A stretch of DNA of 64,000 nucleotides from an uncultured Gemmatimonadales bacterium (GTDB lineage Bacteria; Gemmatimonadota; Gemmatimonadetes; Gemmatimonadales; GWC2-71-9), in contig CAWJIM010000019.1 in assembly GCA_963842945.1 (NCBI GenBank), forward strand, positions 128,001 to 192,000, read 5' to 3'. Below, piece by piece: positions 21,299 through 32,478 of the stretch. A model generated the notes under the pieces. It was not told the DNA's origin. It worked only from the letters and a program-made list of their open reading frames with translations, and did not search any database. Each line of letters starts with the position of its first letter. The first letter of the stretch is position 1. The translations under genes were made by a program, and so were the position numbers.

Positions 21299-22011
21299 CG
21301 GTCAGCATGCCGTAGCGGGAGAGGAACGCGTCGATCTCCCCACTTCGAGGCTCGTCTACCGCCCAGCGGCCTTCGATCAGCACCGCAACCCTCGAGGTCA
21401 GGTCCCACACATCGCCCAGCTGATGGGTCACGATGACCACCCCCGCACCCCGCTCCAGCCGGGATCGCAGATCCGACCGAAGCCGCTCCGCCGCCGGAGC
21501 ATCGAGCGCAGTAAAAGGCTCGTCCAGCAGGATAATGCTCGGGGCGTGTAACAAGGTGCGGGCGATCGCCGCTCGCTGGAGCAGACCCCGGCTCAGTCGC
21601 CGGGGCAGCTCCGACGCCCGGTTGCCGAGTCCGGCGGCGTCCAGCGCCGCATCGGCAACCTGACTGGGCTGATCGAGCGCATAGAGGCGGGCAGCAAAGG
21701 CAAGGTTTTCCCGCAGGGTGAGGTCGTCGTAGAGCAGCGACTGATGGGAGAGCAGACCAATCGCACCGCGAGCCCTGTCCGAGCCACGGCCCAAGCCGAT
21801 GGCCCAGAACCCGGATTTCCCCGGCGCTCGGGCGCAGGAGCCCGGCGAGAGATCTCAGAAGAGTTGTTTTGCCGGCGCCGTTGGGGCCAATGATGGCAAG
21901 CGCCTCGCCCGGCCTGAGGGAGAGGTCCAGGCCGCGCAGGACGCGGGCTTGGCCGAAGGAGCGCTGGAGCCCGCGAGCTTCGAGAAGCGGGACGCCGTCA
22001 TGAGACGGCAT
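21291..22011 (-). CDS. ccmA: Heme exporter ATP-binding protein (one frameshift)
   Basis: GPNGAGKTT, LSRG, LLDEPFTALD, VTH. Confidence 0.88.
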
Positions 22012-22366
22012 CGATCCGCGCGCCGAGCTCGTCGAGGCGGAAGGGTTTGACGATGTAGCCGGAGTGGGGAAGATCGAGAACCTTGAGCTGGGGCTCAATA
22101 CTCATGTACGCGGTGGTGATGATGACCGGAAGATCCGGTTGAGTCAGCCGGATGCGGCGCAGAAGGTCCACCCCATCGGTGTCGGGAAGGCGCATGTCCA
22201 GGACCGCGACATCCGGCTTATGTTGCTCAAGCTGCTTCAATGCCTCGGCACCGGTTGAGGCGAACACCAGATCGTATCGAGGATTGAAGGCCCGCTCATA
22301 GCTCAATCGAAGCGCCGGCTCGTCCTCGACGATCAAGACGCGCCGGCGGCGTTTGCCCTTGGTCAT
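21998..22366 (-). CDS. Single-domain response regulator
   Basis: VLIVEDE, VLDMRLP, TTAY, VKPF. Confidence 0.92.
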   Translation of the reverse strand: MTKGKRRRRVLIVEDEPALRLSYERAFNPRYDLVFASTGAEALKQLEQHKPDVAVLDMRLPDTDGVDLLRRIRLTQPDLPVIITTAYMSIEPQLKVLDLPHSGYIVKPFRLDELGARIDAVS

Positions 22367-22476
22367 TCCGTACGCCCCTGGGGCCGGTGCTGGAGCACTG
22401 GGAGAGGAAGTTCAACTCGGGGGGTACTCTAATGGAAAACGGGGGCGATGGAAAGGCGGCTTGGGCCGCCTTCCCT

Positions 22477-22514
22477 ATTGACTAACCGCTGACTCATTGA
22501 CTAACCGCTGACTC
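22477..22514. repeat. Exact 19-bp tandem duplication at the 3' end of the STAS gene
   Basis: ATTGACTAACCGCTGACTC at 22477-22495 and 22496-22514. Confidence 0.9.
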
Positions 22515-22829
22515 GAGCTGAAAGAGATCGTCCAGCTTGGTGAGCATGAGAAGGAATCGAATCTCCTCGCTGGCGCCTCGGAGGGCCACGACCTGGCGCC
22601 GCTCGGCGGCCCGCCGCTGGATCAACATCAGGGCCCCGAGTCCGGCCGAATCCACGTGGCGGGTGCGCGCGAGATCGATGACCAGCCGACCGGCGCCCTC
22701 GGGCATCTCCTCCAAGAGTCGGATGGCCGTTTTCCGGATTTCCACCCGGGTATCGAGTCCGAGCGTCTCCGGTGCAGCCATGTCGCGCTCTGCGTCGTGC
22801 GGCGATCTCATTTGCTCCTCCTTCGGCAC
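22494..22829 (-). CDS. STAS domain protein (anti-sigma factor antagonist-like)
   Basis: LVIDLARTRHVDSAGLGALM, LTKLDDLF. Confidence 0.88.
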   Translation of the reverse strand: MPKEEQMRSPHDAERDMAAPETLGLDTRVEIRKTAIRLLEEMPEGAGRLVIDLARTRHVDSAGLGALMLIQRRAAERRQVVALRGASEEIRFLLMLTKLDDLFQLESAVSQ

Positions 22830-23154
22830 CGAGCTATCTCAACCAGGTCCAGCAGACCAGGTGAGACCTCTAGTTTTGCGGCCCCGAATCACTCCGGGTG
22901 TGCTCTTATCGGGCGGATTTGCGCTTGGCCGCATCGACCGCGCGCCCTCGTGTCTCTAAAATGGCGAGACTGGTGCCAGCGGGGAGAAATCTTGGATTCG
23001 CAATCCTTTGCGAAGTGTCATACCAAGTCTTGCAGTTCCGTTTCACGCCGCACTCCGCGGCAGACTACCGCAAAAGTAGCGAATGGTAGTGCTGCACTCT
23101 TACTCCGTATGGCCGGCTCCCTTAGCTTCTGGCTGACTCTCACCCCTGCCGATC

Positions 23155-25095
23155 ATGAGCGATCAAATCGATACACTGCTCTCCGAACAACGTCGCTTCC
23201 CTCCTCCGCCCGGTTTCGCCGCGCGCGCCGCTGCAACCGAGGCACTCTATCAGGCGGGCCGCGACTGGAAAAAATTTTGGGAGCAGCAGGCGCGCGAGCT
23301 GGAGTGGATCGCGCCGTGGGATCGAGTGCTCGAGTGGGAGCTGCCTCACGCCCGCTGGTTCGTCGGTGGAAAACTCAATGCCTCGGCTAACTGTCTCGAC
23401 CGGCACCTGGATGGTCCACGCCGGAACAAGGCGGCCATCATCTGGGAGGGTGAGCCGGGCGAGCGCCGCGTCCTTACCTACTGGGACCTTGCCCGGGAGG
23501 TTCGCCGCTGCGCCAATGCCCTCAAGAATCTCGGTATCCGCCGAGGCGACCGGGTGGCGATCTACCTGCCGATGATCCCCGAGGCCGTTGTGGCAATGCT
23601 GGCCTGCGCCCGGATCGGCGCGGTGCATTCAGTGGTATTCGGAGGGTTCTCCGCCGAGTCCCTGCGAGACCGAATCAATGACGCGCAAGCCGTTGCACTG
23701 ATCACGTCGGACGGTGGGTATCGCCGGGGGCAGGTGCTACCGCTCAAGCGGTTTGCCGATGACGCGCTGGCCCAGTGCCCTTCGATCAGGCATTGCATCG
23801 TGGTCCGTAGAGTAGGCGAGGAATCGGCAGCGGTGATGCGGGAGGGGCGGGATCACTGGTGGCACGAACTCATTCAAGGCGCCTCGCTCCGGAATGAGCC
23901 CGAAGCAATGGACGCGGAAGATCTGCTCTTCATCCTGTACACCTCGGGCACCACCGGGAAGCCCAAGGGCATCGTGCACACCACCGGCGGCTATCTCACC
24001 CATGTCGCCACTACCACACGCTACGTGTTCGACCTGCGGGAAGACGATGTGTTCTGGTGTACCGCCGACATCGGATGGGTTACCGGCCACAGCTACGTGG
24101 TGTACGGGCCACTGGCCAACGGCGCCACGGTGGTGATGTACGAGGGCGCGCCCGACTGGCCGGAGCGGGACCGGTTCTGGGGCATCGTGGAGACCTATGG
24201 CGTCACCATCCTCTATACCGCGCCCACGGCTATCCGCGCCTTCATGAAGTGGGGTCCCCAGCATCCCAGTCGTCACGACCTCGGCACTCTGCGGCTGCTG
24301 GGCACCGTCGGCGAGCCCATCAATCCCGAAGCGTGGATCTGGTATCACCAGCAGATTGGTGGCGCACGCTGCCCCATCGTCGACACCTGGTGGCAAACCG
24401 AGACCGGTGGGATCATGATCACTCCGCTCCCCGGCGTCACCACCACCAAGCCGGGTTCCGCCACTATACCGTTTCCCGGGGTAACTGCGGAGCTGGTAGA
24501 CACTGAGGGCAAGCCGCTCGAGCAGGGCGGCGGATTTCTGACCATAAGCCAGCCCTGGCCCGGCATGCTCCGCACCATTTACGGCGACGACCAGCGCTAC
24601 CGCGACACCTACTGGAGCCGCTTCCCCGGCCGCTACTTCGCCGGCGACGGCGCCAAGCTGGATGAGGAGGGTTACTGGTGGATTCTGGGCCGGGTGGACG
24701 ATGTCCTCAATGTCGCGGGACATCGCATCGGGACCATGGAGGTGGAGAGCGCGCTGGTGGACCACCCCGCCGTGGCCGAAGCGGCGGTGGTGGGCCGTGC
24801 CCACGACCTGAAGGGTCAGGCGCTCGCGGCCTTTGTCACTCTGAAGGATGGGAAGCAGGCGAGCCCCAGCCTCAAGGATGATCTCAAGGAGCACGTTGTG
24901 AAGAAGATCGGCGCCATCGCCCGGCCCGATGATATTCTCTTCTCTGCCGATCTGCCCAAGACCCGGAGCGGAAAGATCATGCGTCGCCTGCTGAAGGACA
25001 TCGCGGAAGGACGCACTCTGGGCGACACCACGACGCTGGCCGATCCCAACGTGGTGAACCGGTTGAAGGAGATGTACGAGGAAAAGGAGGGGTAG
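23155..25095 (+). CDS. acs: Acetyl-CoA synthetase
   Basis: [42 protein letters not shown]. Confidence 0.97.
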   Translation: MSDQIDTLLSEQRRFPPPPGFAARAAATEALYQAGRDWKKFWEQQARELEWIAPWDRVLEWELPHARWFVGGKLNASANCLDRHLDGPRRNKAAIIWEGEPGERRVLTYWDLAREVRRCANALKNLGIRRGDRVAIYLPMIPEAVVAMLACARIGAVHSVVFGGFSAESLRDRINDAQAVALITSDGGYRRGQVLPLKRFADDALAQCPSIRHCIVVRRVGEESAAVMREGRDHWWHELIQGASLRNEPEAMDAEDLLFILYTSGTTGKPKGIVHTTGGYLTHVATTTRYVFDLREDDVFWCTADIGWVTGHSYVVYGPLANGATVVMYEGAPDWPERDRFWGIVETYGVTILYTAPTAIRAFMKWGPQHPSRHDLGTLRLLGTVGEPINPEAWIWYHQQIGGARCPIVDTWWQTETGGIMITPLPGVTTTKPGSATIPFPGVTAELVDTEGKPLEQGGGFLTISQPWPGMLRTIYGDDQRYRDTYWSRFPGRYFAGDGAKLDEEGYWWILGRVDDVLNVAGHRIGTMEVESALVDHPAVAEAAVVGRAHDLKGQALAAFVTLKDGKQASPSLKDDLKEHVVKKIGAIARPDDILFSADLPKTRSGKIMRRLLKDIAEGRTLGDTTTLADPNVVNRLKEMYEEKEG

Positions 25096-25101
25096 GAGGG
25101 A

Positions 25102-25132
25102 GAAGACCGGGAAGACGGGAAAGACGGGAAGG
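25102..25132. repeat. Short purine-rich 9-mer tandem repeat (RAAGACSGG x3)
   Basis: GAAGACCGG-GAAGACGGG-AAAGACGGG between convergent acs and kup stops. Confidence 0.6.
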
Positions 25133-25159
25133 TATGAAGGAGAGGAGGAAAGGCACCTC

Positions 25160-27079
25160 CTAAATCTGCACCTGCGCTCCCAGCTCGACTACGCGATTCG
25201 GCGGCAGGTTGAAGAATGCCGTGGCCGACTGGGCGTTGCGGGCCATCAGGATGAAGAGCTTTTTGCGCCAGCGGGACAGCCGGGAGTTGCCGGTGGGCAG
25301 TAACGTCTCCCGTCCGAGAAAAAAGCTGGTCTCCATGGGTTTGGCTTCCAGCCCTCGAGCGCCAAGGGTGCTCAGCAGAGCCGGGAACGTCGGGTGACTC
25401 CATGAAGCCGTATCGGCCGGTCACCAGGTAAAACCCGCTGCCCAGATCCTTGACCTCGGCTCGGTCATCCGGCCTGACCTGAGGAATTTCTTCTCCCGAA
25501 ATCGACATGATGATCACCTTCTCATGCAGCACCTTGTTGTGCTTGAGATGGTGCAGCAGGACCACTGGCGTTCCGCCGGGGTCAGACGTCATGAACACCG
25601 CCGTTCCCGGCACCCGGGGCGGCTGGCGGCGGGTGATATCCTCGAGAAAGAGCGGCAGCGGCAGCGCATTGTCGTGCAGGATCCCGGTGACCGTTTCACG
25701 CCCCCGCTTCCAGGTGGTCATCAACAGATAGACCACGCCTGCCACCAGGAGCGGGAACCAGCCACCCTTCGCGATCTTCACCAGGTTTGCCGCCAGGAAA
25801 GACAGGTCCACCACCAGGAACACCGCCCCGAGCGTGGCGACCCGGGCCACACTCCAGTTCCATCGCTGGCGGGCCACGGCGCAGAACAGCAGCGTGGTGA
25901 TCGTCATCGTACCGGTAACGGCGATGCCGTAGGCCGAGGCCAGAGCGCCGGAGCTCCGGAATCCCAGCACGAGGAGCACGCAGAGCAGCCCCAGGGTTCG
26001 ATTGAGCCCGGGGAGGTAGATCTGGCCGATCTCGGTCTGTGAGGTGTGTTGGATCGTCACCCGCGGGCTGTATCCCAGCTGTACCGCCTGCCGGGTCAGG
26101 GAGAAAGCTCCGGAAATCAGCGCTTGGGAGGCCACAACCGCCGCGGTGGTGGCAATGAGCACCATGGGATACAACGCCCAGGACGGGACCAGGCCATAGA
26201 AAGGATTCTGCGCGGTGGCCGGCCGAACCAACAGAACGGCCCCCTGGCCGAAGTAATTGAGCGCCAGCGCCGGCAACACCACGGCTGAACCAGGCCAGAC
26301 GGATGGGACGTTTGCCGAAGTGGCCCATATCGGCATAGAGGGCCTCGGCCCCGGTCACCACCAGGATAACCGCACCGAGGACCAGGAGACCCTGACGCCC
26401 GTTGCGGAACATGAAATCGAGCGCGTGCAGCGGATTCAAGGCGCGCAACACCTCCGGATGCTGCACGATTCCCGCGACACCGAGTGCGGCGATGGTCCCG
26501 AACCAGACCAGCATCACTCGGCCGAATACGGCACCGATGCGGGCTGTCCCTCGTTTCTGGAACAGAAATAATCCAAACAGAATGATCGCGGCGATCACCG
26601 GGGTGATTGGATTCAGCGCCGGGGTGGCAACCCCGATACCCTCCACCGCGCCCAGCACCGAGATCGCCGGAGTAATCACACCGTCGCCATAGAGCAGTGC
26701 CGCCCCGAATAGTCCCAGGGAAACCAGCCAGCGCCGGGAGCCCGTCCGGTCCTGACGGGGATGCAACAGCGCGAGCAGCGCCATGATCCCCCCTTCGCCG
26801 CGGTTGTGGGCTCGCATGATGAAGACGAGATACTTGAACGACACGACGAAGTTGAGCGACCAGAAGATGAGCGACAGAATGCCCAGCACGTTGGCCGGCG
26901 TGGGGGCGATGCCGTACTCGGGCGCGAAACACTCCTTGAGAGCGTAGAGCGGACTGGTGCCGATGTCGCCGTAGACCACCCCGAGCGCTCCCAGGGAGAG
27001 CGCGAGCAGTGCCCGCCTATTTCGTCGCGGGGCCGGACGGGCTAGAGCTGGGGGGAGACGGACTGGTGACCGCGGTCAC
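25160..27079 (-). CDS. kup: Kup potassium transporter, copy 2 (frameshifted)
   Basis: [53 protein letters not shown]. Confidence 0.92.
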
Positions 27080-27081
27080 GA

Positions 27082-29023
27082 CTAGAACTGAATCTGGGCG
27101 CCGAGCTCGACCACCCGGTTCGGCGGAAGCCCGAAGTACGCAGTGGCCGACTGGGCGTTGCGGGCCATCAGAATGAAGAGCTTCTTGCGCACGCGCCCCA
27201 TCCGGCGGCCCTCGAGCGGTTTCTCGCCCCGGGGTTTCTTCTTGCCTGCCGCCATGGCGATCAGGGTTTCCCGCCCGAGATAAAATGTGGTATTGGCCAG
27301 CTTGACGTTGACGGATTTGCCGTCGTCTTCCGCCCGTCCCAGAGCCCGGAGCACATCCGGCACGTCCGGCGTTTCCATGAATCCGTAACGGGCCATAACC
27401 TGGTAGAACCCTTCGCCGAGCTCGGCGCATTTGACCCGGTCTTTTTCTGCGACCTGCGGGATCTCCTCAGTGTGCACCGACATGAGCATGACCTTCTCGT
27501 GGAGCACCTTGTTGTGCTTGAGATGGTGCAGCAGCACTGGCGGCGCACCACCGGTCCCTGAGGTCATGAACACCGCCGTCCCGGGCACCCGATAAGGCTG
27601 GCGGCGGCGGATATCATCGAGAAAGAGATCCATCGGGAGCGTGTTCTCCTGCACGATGCCCGTGAGCCGCACCCGTCCCTTCTTCCACGTGGACATCAGC
27701 AGATACACCAGCGCCGCCACCACCAGCGGCAGCCAGCCTCCATTGGGAACCTTGAGCATGTTGGCGCCCACGAACGCCAGATCCACCACCAGAAACAGCA
27801 GGGTGATCGGACCCGCCTTCCACCAGCTCCAGCCCCACAGCCGCCGCATGACGATGGAAAAGAGAATCGTGGTGATGGTCATCGTCCCGGAGAGGGCCAC
27901 GCCATAGGTGAGCGCCAGAGCGCTGGCATTTTGGAACGCCACCACCAGCCCCAGGCAGGAGACCATCAGTATGGTATTCACCGTGGGGATGTAGATCTGT
28001 CCGATGGTGCTGCTCGAAGTATGGATGATCTTCATCCGCGGACTATAGCCCAGCTGAATGGCCTGGCGGGTCAGCGAGAACGCGCCCGAGATGAGCGCCT
28101 GGGAAGCCACCACGGCAGCGGCCGTGGCGATACCCACCATGGGGTACAACGCCCAGCTCCGGCACCAGCGCGTAAAAGGGGTTCCGGGCCGCACCCGGAT
28201 CATTCAGCAGCAGCGCGCCCTTGGCCGAAGTAGTTGAGAACCAGCGAGGGCAGCACCAGCGCGAACCAGGCCAAACGTATCGGGCGGCGGCCGAAGTGCC
28301 CCATGTCCGCGTACAGCGCTTCACCTCCGGTGACGACCAGAATGACGGCCGCAAGCACCGTTATGCCGGTGAGGCCCTCGCGAGCGAAGAAATCCACGGC
28401 GTAGCGGGGATCGAGTGCCCGCAGCACGCCGGGCTCGCGGCTGATTCCCATCACGCCAAGAATGGCGATGCAGATGAACCAGATCCCGGTGATGGGCCCG
28501 AAGACCGCCCCGACCCCTGCTGTTCCGCGCCGTTGCAGGGCGAACAGCGCCAGGATGATCACGAAAAGAAATGGGAACGACCCAGTGCTCGAGCGCCGGG
28601 GTGGCCACGCTGAGTCCCTCCACGGCGCTCAACACGGAGATGGCCGGGGTGATGATCCCGTCTCCATAGAGCAGCGCTGACCCGAAGAGTCCGGTCGCGA
28701 TCAGCAGCCGCGCCTCTGGTAGTGATTCGCCCACTGGGCCGAACCAGCGCCAGCAGGGCAAGGATACCGCCCTCTCCCCGGTTGTCCGCCCGCATCACCA
28801 TGGAGAGGTACTTGAACGTGACCACGAAGTTCAGCGACCAGAAGATGAGCGACAGGATGCCCAGCACGTTGCTGGTGGTTACCGGAAAGCTGTGGGGGCC
28901 GAAGAAGCACTCCTTGAAGGCATAGAGCGGACTGGTTCCGATGTCGCCATAGACCACGCCCAGCGCGCCAAAAGCCAGAAGCGCGAGCTGCTTGCCGGAT
29001 TGAGATTTGGCCTTGCGGGACAA
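27082..29023 (-). CDS. kup: Kup potassium transporter, copy 1 (frameshifted)
   Basis: Same Kup motifs across ORFs 28559-29023, 28321-28761, 28200-28562, 27082-28203. Confidence 0.92.
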
Positions 29024-29026
29024 GCG

Positions 29027-29464
29027 CTACCAGCTCCGGGTGCGGGAGAGCCTGCGAAGCTCCAGGAGCGCCACGATGAAGATGGAGATGATGATGACCG
29101 CCGAGCCGACGCACCAGCGGCAGATGGCATGGATGACGAACAGCTCGAGGTAGGTCAGATACGCGGTAAACCCGACGCCGAGTCCCGCGAGAACGGCCAG
29201 CAGCCTGGCCGGCCACCACCGCTCCGCCAGAGCAGGCTGCAGCGCGGCCAGACTCACGGCCAGCAGGCCGGCATACCCTACCAGGCCGATGAGCGAAACC
29301 TCTACTCCGGCAAACCGGCTCCAGGGACTCTGCTGGACGGTCTCACAGCCCCCGGTTCCACAGGCAAGAGTTCCGATTCTTCCGATCTTGTAGAGATAGA
29401 GGTATGCGGAGATGAAGAACCCGATGAGGCTCAGCACAGCTGCAGTCATGCGGTGGATCATCAA
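29027..29464 (-). CDS. Vitamin K epoxide reductase (VKOR) family protein
   Basis: Loop cysteines ACGTGGCETVQQS and active-site ICRWC; four TM segments. Confidence 0.9.
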   Translation of the reverse strand: MMIHRMTAAVLSLIGFFISAYLYLYKIGRIGTLACGTGGCETVQQSPWSRFAGVEVSLIGLVGYAGLLAVSLAALQPALAERWWPARLLAVLAGLGVGFTAYLTYLELFVIHAICRWCVGSAVIIISIFIVALLELRRLSRTRSW

Positions 29465-30138
29465 CGACGAGGGGCCAGAGAATCCACCATCTTGATTATG
29501 GCGTCGGAGTCGAGCCGCCCCCGGTACAGCCGGTTGCCGATCAGCAGGGTCGGCGTGGAGCTCACCCCCACCTGGACCCCCTCATTATAGCTCGCCTGAA
29601 TCCGTCCAGCGTATTTCCCTGACTTCATGCAACTGTCATAGCGCCCGAGGTCCAGGCCGGCTGTCCGGGCGTAATTCCTGAAGAGCGGCCCCGCGTCGCG
29701 GGCGGCGGCCCACTCGGACTGGTTCTGGTAGATCTGCTCGTGCTGGGCCCAGTACTTCCCCTGCTCGTCGCCGCAGGCCGCCGAGTGAGCCGCCAGCCGG
29801 GCAAACTGGTGCTGCTGGAGCGGGAAGTCCCGGTAGCGCCAGCGGAGCCGGCCGCTGTTGATCAGCCGGTCCTCGATCGTGGGCATCTGGAGAGTGGCGA
29901 ACGTCTGACAGAAGGGACACTGATAATCGGCAAACTCGGTGATCTCGACCGGAGCATCCTTGGAGCCCTTCACGTAGCCGTGAAAGCCCGACGTGTCGGA
30001 GGGCTGAATGCTTACGTTGGCCGGGATGCTGATGGTGCTGGGCTTGAGGAGCAGATAAGCCAGGACCCCTACCCCGGCAAGCGCCAGCACCGCGAACAAC
30101 GTGTAGAACCGTTTCACTCCGGCCTGCGTCCCCGCCAT
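29461..30138 (-). CDS. DsbA-family thiol-disulfide oxidoreductase
   Basis: APVEITEFADYQCPFC, YRDFPL, GVSSTPT; N-terminal TM anchor. Confidence 0.92.
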   Translation of the reverse strand: MAGTQAGVKRFYTLFAVLALAGVGVLAYLLLKPSTISIPANVSIQPSDTSGFHGYVKGSKDAPVEITEFADYQCPFCQTFATLQMPTIEDRLINSGRLRWRYRDFPLQQHQFARLAAHSAACGDEQGKYWAQHEQIYQNQSEWAAARDAGPLFRNYARTAGLDLGRYDSCMKSGKYAGRIQASYNEGVQVGVSSTPTLLIGNRLYRGRLDSDAIIKMVDSLAPRR

Positions 30139-30420
30139 GGCTCTTCGTCCTCCGGATCATCCGGGAGAAAGGAATCCTGACGCTGTGCATCCTCGACGAT
30201 TCTTCGGCTGTCGGCCACTTCCGGAGTGTCGTAGGTGCTGCGCACCTCGTAGTGGAACAGCTCGCTCCGCGCGTCGCCCATCAGCCGCAACAGCTCCGGG
30301 ACCGCCCCTGAGCAGTTGGCCCGAGCGGTCGAGCTCCTGGATACGCGCGGCCAGAGACCGCAGGAGCGCCGCCAGGCGTTGGGCCCGCTCCTCGTTGTAC
30401 ACCTCATCGTGCTCTGCCAT
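30114..30420 (-). CDS. Hypothetical protein (one frameshift)
   Basis: ORFs 30157-30426 and 30114-30461 join into a helical protein with acidic tail, with GAGGTG RBS, coupled to dsbA. Confidence 0.55.
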
Positions 30421-30547
30421 ACCCACCTCGAGAGGCGGTACCCACCCTCGGTCAAGTTCATGCCATTCGGGCTGATAAAGATAATGAGTCCGGAGACCCG
30501 AGTCGCGCGCCGTCAGATGGGGATCTGCCAGGGGTCAAGATGCAGGT

Positions 30548-30575
30548 CAGGAACCACCTGGTTAGCCGTATTGTT
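30548..30575 (+). promoter_or_regulatory. Putative ECF (SigR/SigH-type) promoter
   Basis: CAGGAAC-N17-TGTT (GGAAC-N18-GTT), intergenic, sense to CDS 30707. Confidence 0.55.
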
Positions 30576-30631
30576 GTACTGCCACAGCGCTTACGTCGAC
30601 AGCTCGCGGATCTCGCGAGTCTCCGGCGACT

Positions 30632-30660
30632 TTGCACCAATTAGTGCAATCGGTTATCTT
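30632..30660 (+). promoter_or_regulatory. Sigma-70-like promoter with overlapping palindrome
   Basis: TTGCAC-17 nt-TATCTT; TTGCAC-N6-GTGCAA palindrome at 30632-30649. Confidence 0.45.
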
Positions 30661-30706
30661 GATCCTGCAAGAGAGTACCCGAAATCTGTCTTTAAAAGGA
30701 TGGTGC

Positions 30707-30970
30707 ATGAACAAGAAGAAATCCCGTAGTTCCTCTGAGGCGATCTCCTTCGCCCAGGCCCGTGACGAGCTGTTCAGCCACATCCTCCGCTGCGGCGTCA
30801 TCGACGCGCTGCCGGAGCATCAGAAGGACTGGTTCGACGATACCATGGGGTATGTCGCTGACCGGTATGAAGATCTGACCGATGAGGAGCTGGCCGAACT
30901 GCGTACTCTGGGTGAGCGGTACTGCAAGCCGGTGCGGAGGGGCGAAGTGGTGGAATCAGGCGCGGCCTGA
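30707..30970 (+). CDS. Hypothetical protein (87 aa)
   Basis: AAGGA RBS, MNKKKSRSS...FAQARDELFSHILRC...; followed by a terminator. Confidence 0.75.
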   Translation: MNKKKSRSSSEAISFAQARDELFSHILRCGVIDALPEHQKDWFDDTMGYVADRYEDLTDEELAELRTLGERYCKPVRRGEVVESGAA

Positions 30971-30990
30971 AACGGAATCAAAGCTTGAAC

Positions 30991-31024
30991 AGCGCCCCGG
31001 AGAGCCGCTCTCCGGGGCGTTTTT
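30991..31024 (+). terminator. Intrinsic terminator
   Basis: CGCCCCGGAGAG-CCG-CTCTCCGGGGCG followed by a T run. Confidence 0.85.
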
Positions 31025-31490
31025 ATTGCCTGGATATCCCGGGAAATCGGCGCCAGCGGTAGCCCGCCGCCACCCGCACCCCCCCGCCAGCCCCCAGCTC
31101 GACGGCCCAGCCGGAGCGGCTTCCTGGTGCCTGCTCCAACCCCAGGGTCAGCACCAGATATCCTCGTCCGACGGGGCCCTCCACGCCCGCAATACCTCCA
31201 GCCACGTAGAAGCCAGGTTTCCGGGGCTCCTCCGGGCTCAACAGGAAATGGCCCAGCAACTCTCCTCTGACCGCCAGCTCTCCATCGGAGACTCCGGCAC
31301 CGAAGCCCAGCGAGAGTCGGGTTCTGCCGGTGGTTCGGAGCGCCCCGAACCCGCCCGCTACCACGAGGCCAGGATCGGAAAACGTCCCGATCGCCTGCAC
31401 GCCCAGCTCTTGAATCACCTGTGCGCTGCCGGCGTGGGCCCAGGCCAGGGTTCCCCCGGCCAGGAACAGCTCACGCCAGCGACAACGCAT
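31023..31490 (-). CDS. Hypothetical exported protein, possibly a small beta-barrel
   Basis: Signal-like N-terminus (AWAHAGSAQ), Gly-rich alternating strands, C-terminal VAAGYRW. Confidence 0.6.
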   Translation of the reverse strand: MRCRWRELFLAGGTLAWAHAGSAQVIQELGVQAIGTFSDPGLVVAGGFGALRTTGRTRLSLGFGAGVSDGELAVRGELLGHFLLSPEEPRKPGFYVAGGIAGVEGPVGRGYLVLTLGLEQAPGSRSGWAVELGAGGGVRVAAGYRWRRFPGISRQ

Positions 31491-31881
31491 AGGTGATGGC
31501 AATGTCCGGCGCGAGGGAGTGAATGACGGAGCAATACTTCTCGAGGGACAGATCGATGGCCCGACGGACCTTGGCCGGATCCATCCCTGATCCGGTGATG
31601 CGATAGTCCAGGTGCAACGATACGTAACGGCGGGGCTCCGTCTCCCGCCTCACGCCGGAGACTTCTATCCGGAGAGCGCTGAACGCCACCCGCATCTTTT
31701 TCAGCACTACGACCACGTCGGACCCGGTGCAGGCGGCGGCTGCCAGCAGCAGCGTGAGCATCGGTCCGGGGCCCTCAGCGTTGTCGCCATCGATGAGGAT
31801 GGACGGGCCGTTGGGCTCGCCGCCGCGAAAGCGGAGATCCTCCTGCCAGTCCAGCGTGATCCGCTTGGTCTCTTCCGGCAC
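31471..31881 (-). CDS. OsmC/Ohr (YhfA-like) family protein
   Basis: GPMLTLLLAAAACTGSDV and LSLEKYCSV. Confidence 0.9.
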   Translation of the reverse strand: MPEETKRITLDWQEDLRFRGGEPNGPSILIDGDNAEGPGPMLTLLLAAAACTGSDVVVVLKKMRVAFSALRIEVSGVRRETEPRRYVSLHLDYRITGSGMDPAKVRRAIDLSLEKYCSVIHSLAPDIAITYALSLA

Positions 31882-32436
31882 TCAAGCTCCGAGGCGCTTC
31901 TGAGCCCGGGGCGCCACCCGGTAATAGTCCCAGATCGCGATGACGGCCATCAGGGTCGTAGCCCAGGCGATGGGGCGCAGATAGGGTGAGTCCAGCAGAA
32001 ACGCAATCAGGGTAAGAATCTGGGCGATTGTGACCGCTTTTCCGCTCGAGCGGGCGGGTATGGCTCGAGGTTCGTGGGAGATGAGGGTTCCAAGGAAGGC
32101 CAGCGTAGCCACGATGTCGCGCAGGAGAACCCCCACGATTTCCCAGATCTCGAGGCGCCCGGAGAAGGCGACCACCCCAACCGCAGCGGCCATGAACACT
32201 TTATCAGCGATCGGATCTATCACCGGGCCCAACGGCGAGCCCCCCAGTCGGCGCGCCACCGGCCCATCGAGCAGGTCCGTAACCGCCGCCGCCGCGACGA
32301 TGGCCATGCGCCAGCTGGTACTGGAGTCCAGCAGAAACGCCGCGGCCAGAGGTATTCGCAGGCAGCTGATCAGATCGGCCCAGGACCACGAGGCGCGGCC
32401 TTGCTCGCCTCTACGAGCCGGACTAGCTTCGGTCAC
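31882..32436 (-). CDS. CDP-alcohol phosphatidyltransferase
   Basis: TDLLDGPVARRLGGSPLGPVIDPIADK motif. Confidence 0.88.
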   Translation of the reverse strand: MTEASPARRGEQGRASWSWADLISCLRIPLAAAFLLDSSTSWRMAIVAAAAVTDLLDGPVARRLGGSPLGPVIDPIADKVFMAAAVGVVAFSGRLEIWEIVGVLLRDIVATLAFLGTLISHEPRAIPARSSGKAVTIAQILTLIAFLLDSPYLRPIAWATTLMAVIAIWDYYRVAPRAQKRLGA

Positions 32437-32478
32437 GCTGCTCCCCTCGCCGAACGTGAGCGTGCAAGATACCCCCTC

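Noticed and set aside
25160..29023. Tandem kup as an assembly duplication
   Set aside because: The copies differ substantially in sequence, consistent with an old paralogy.
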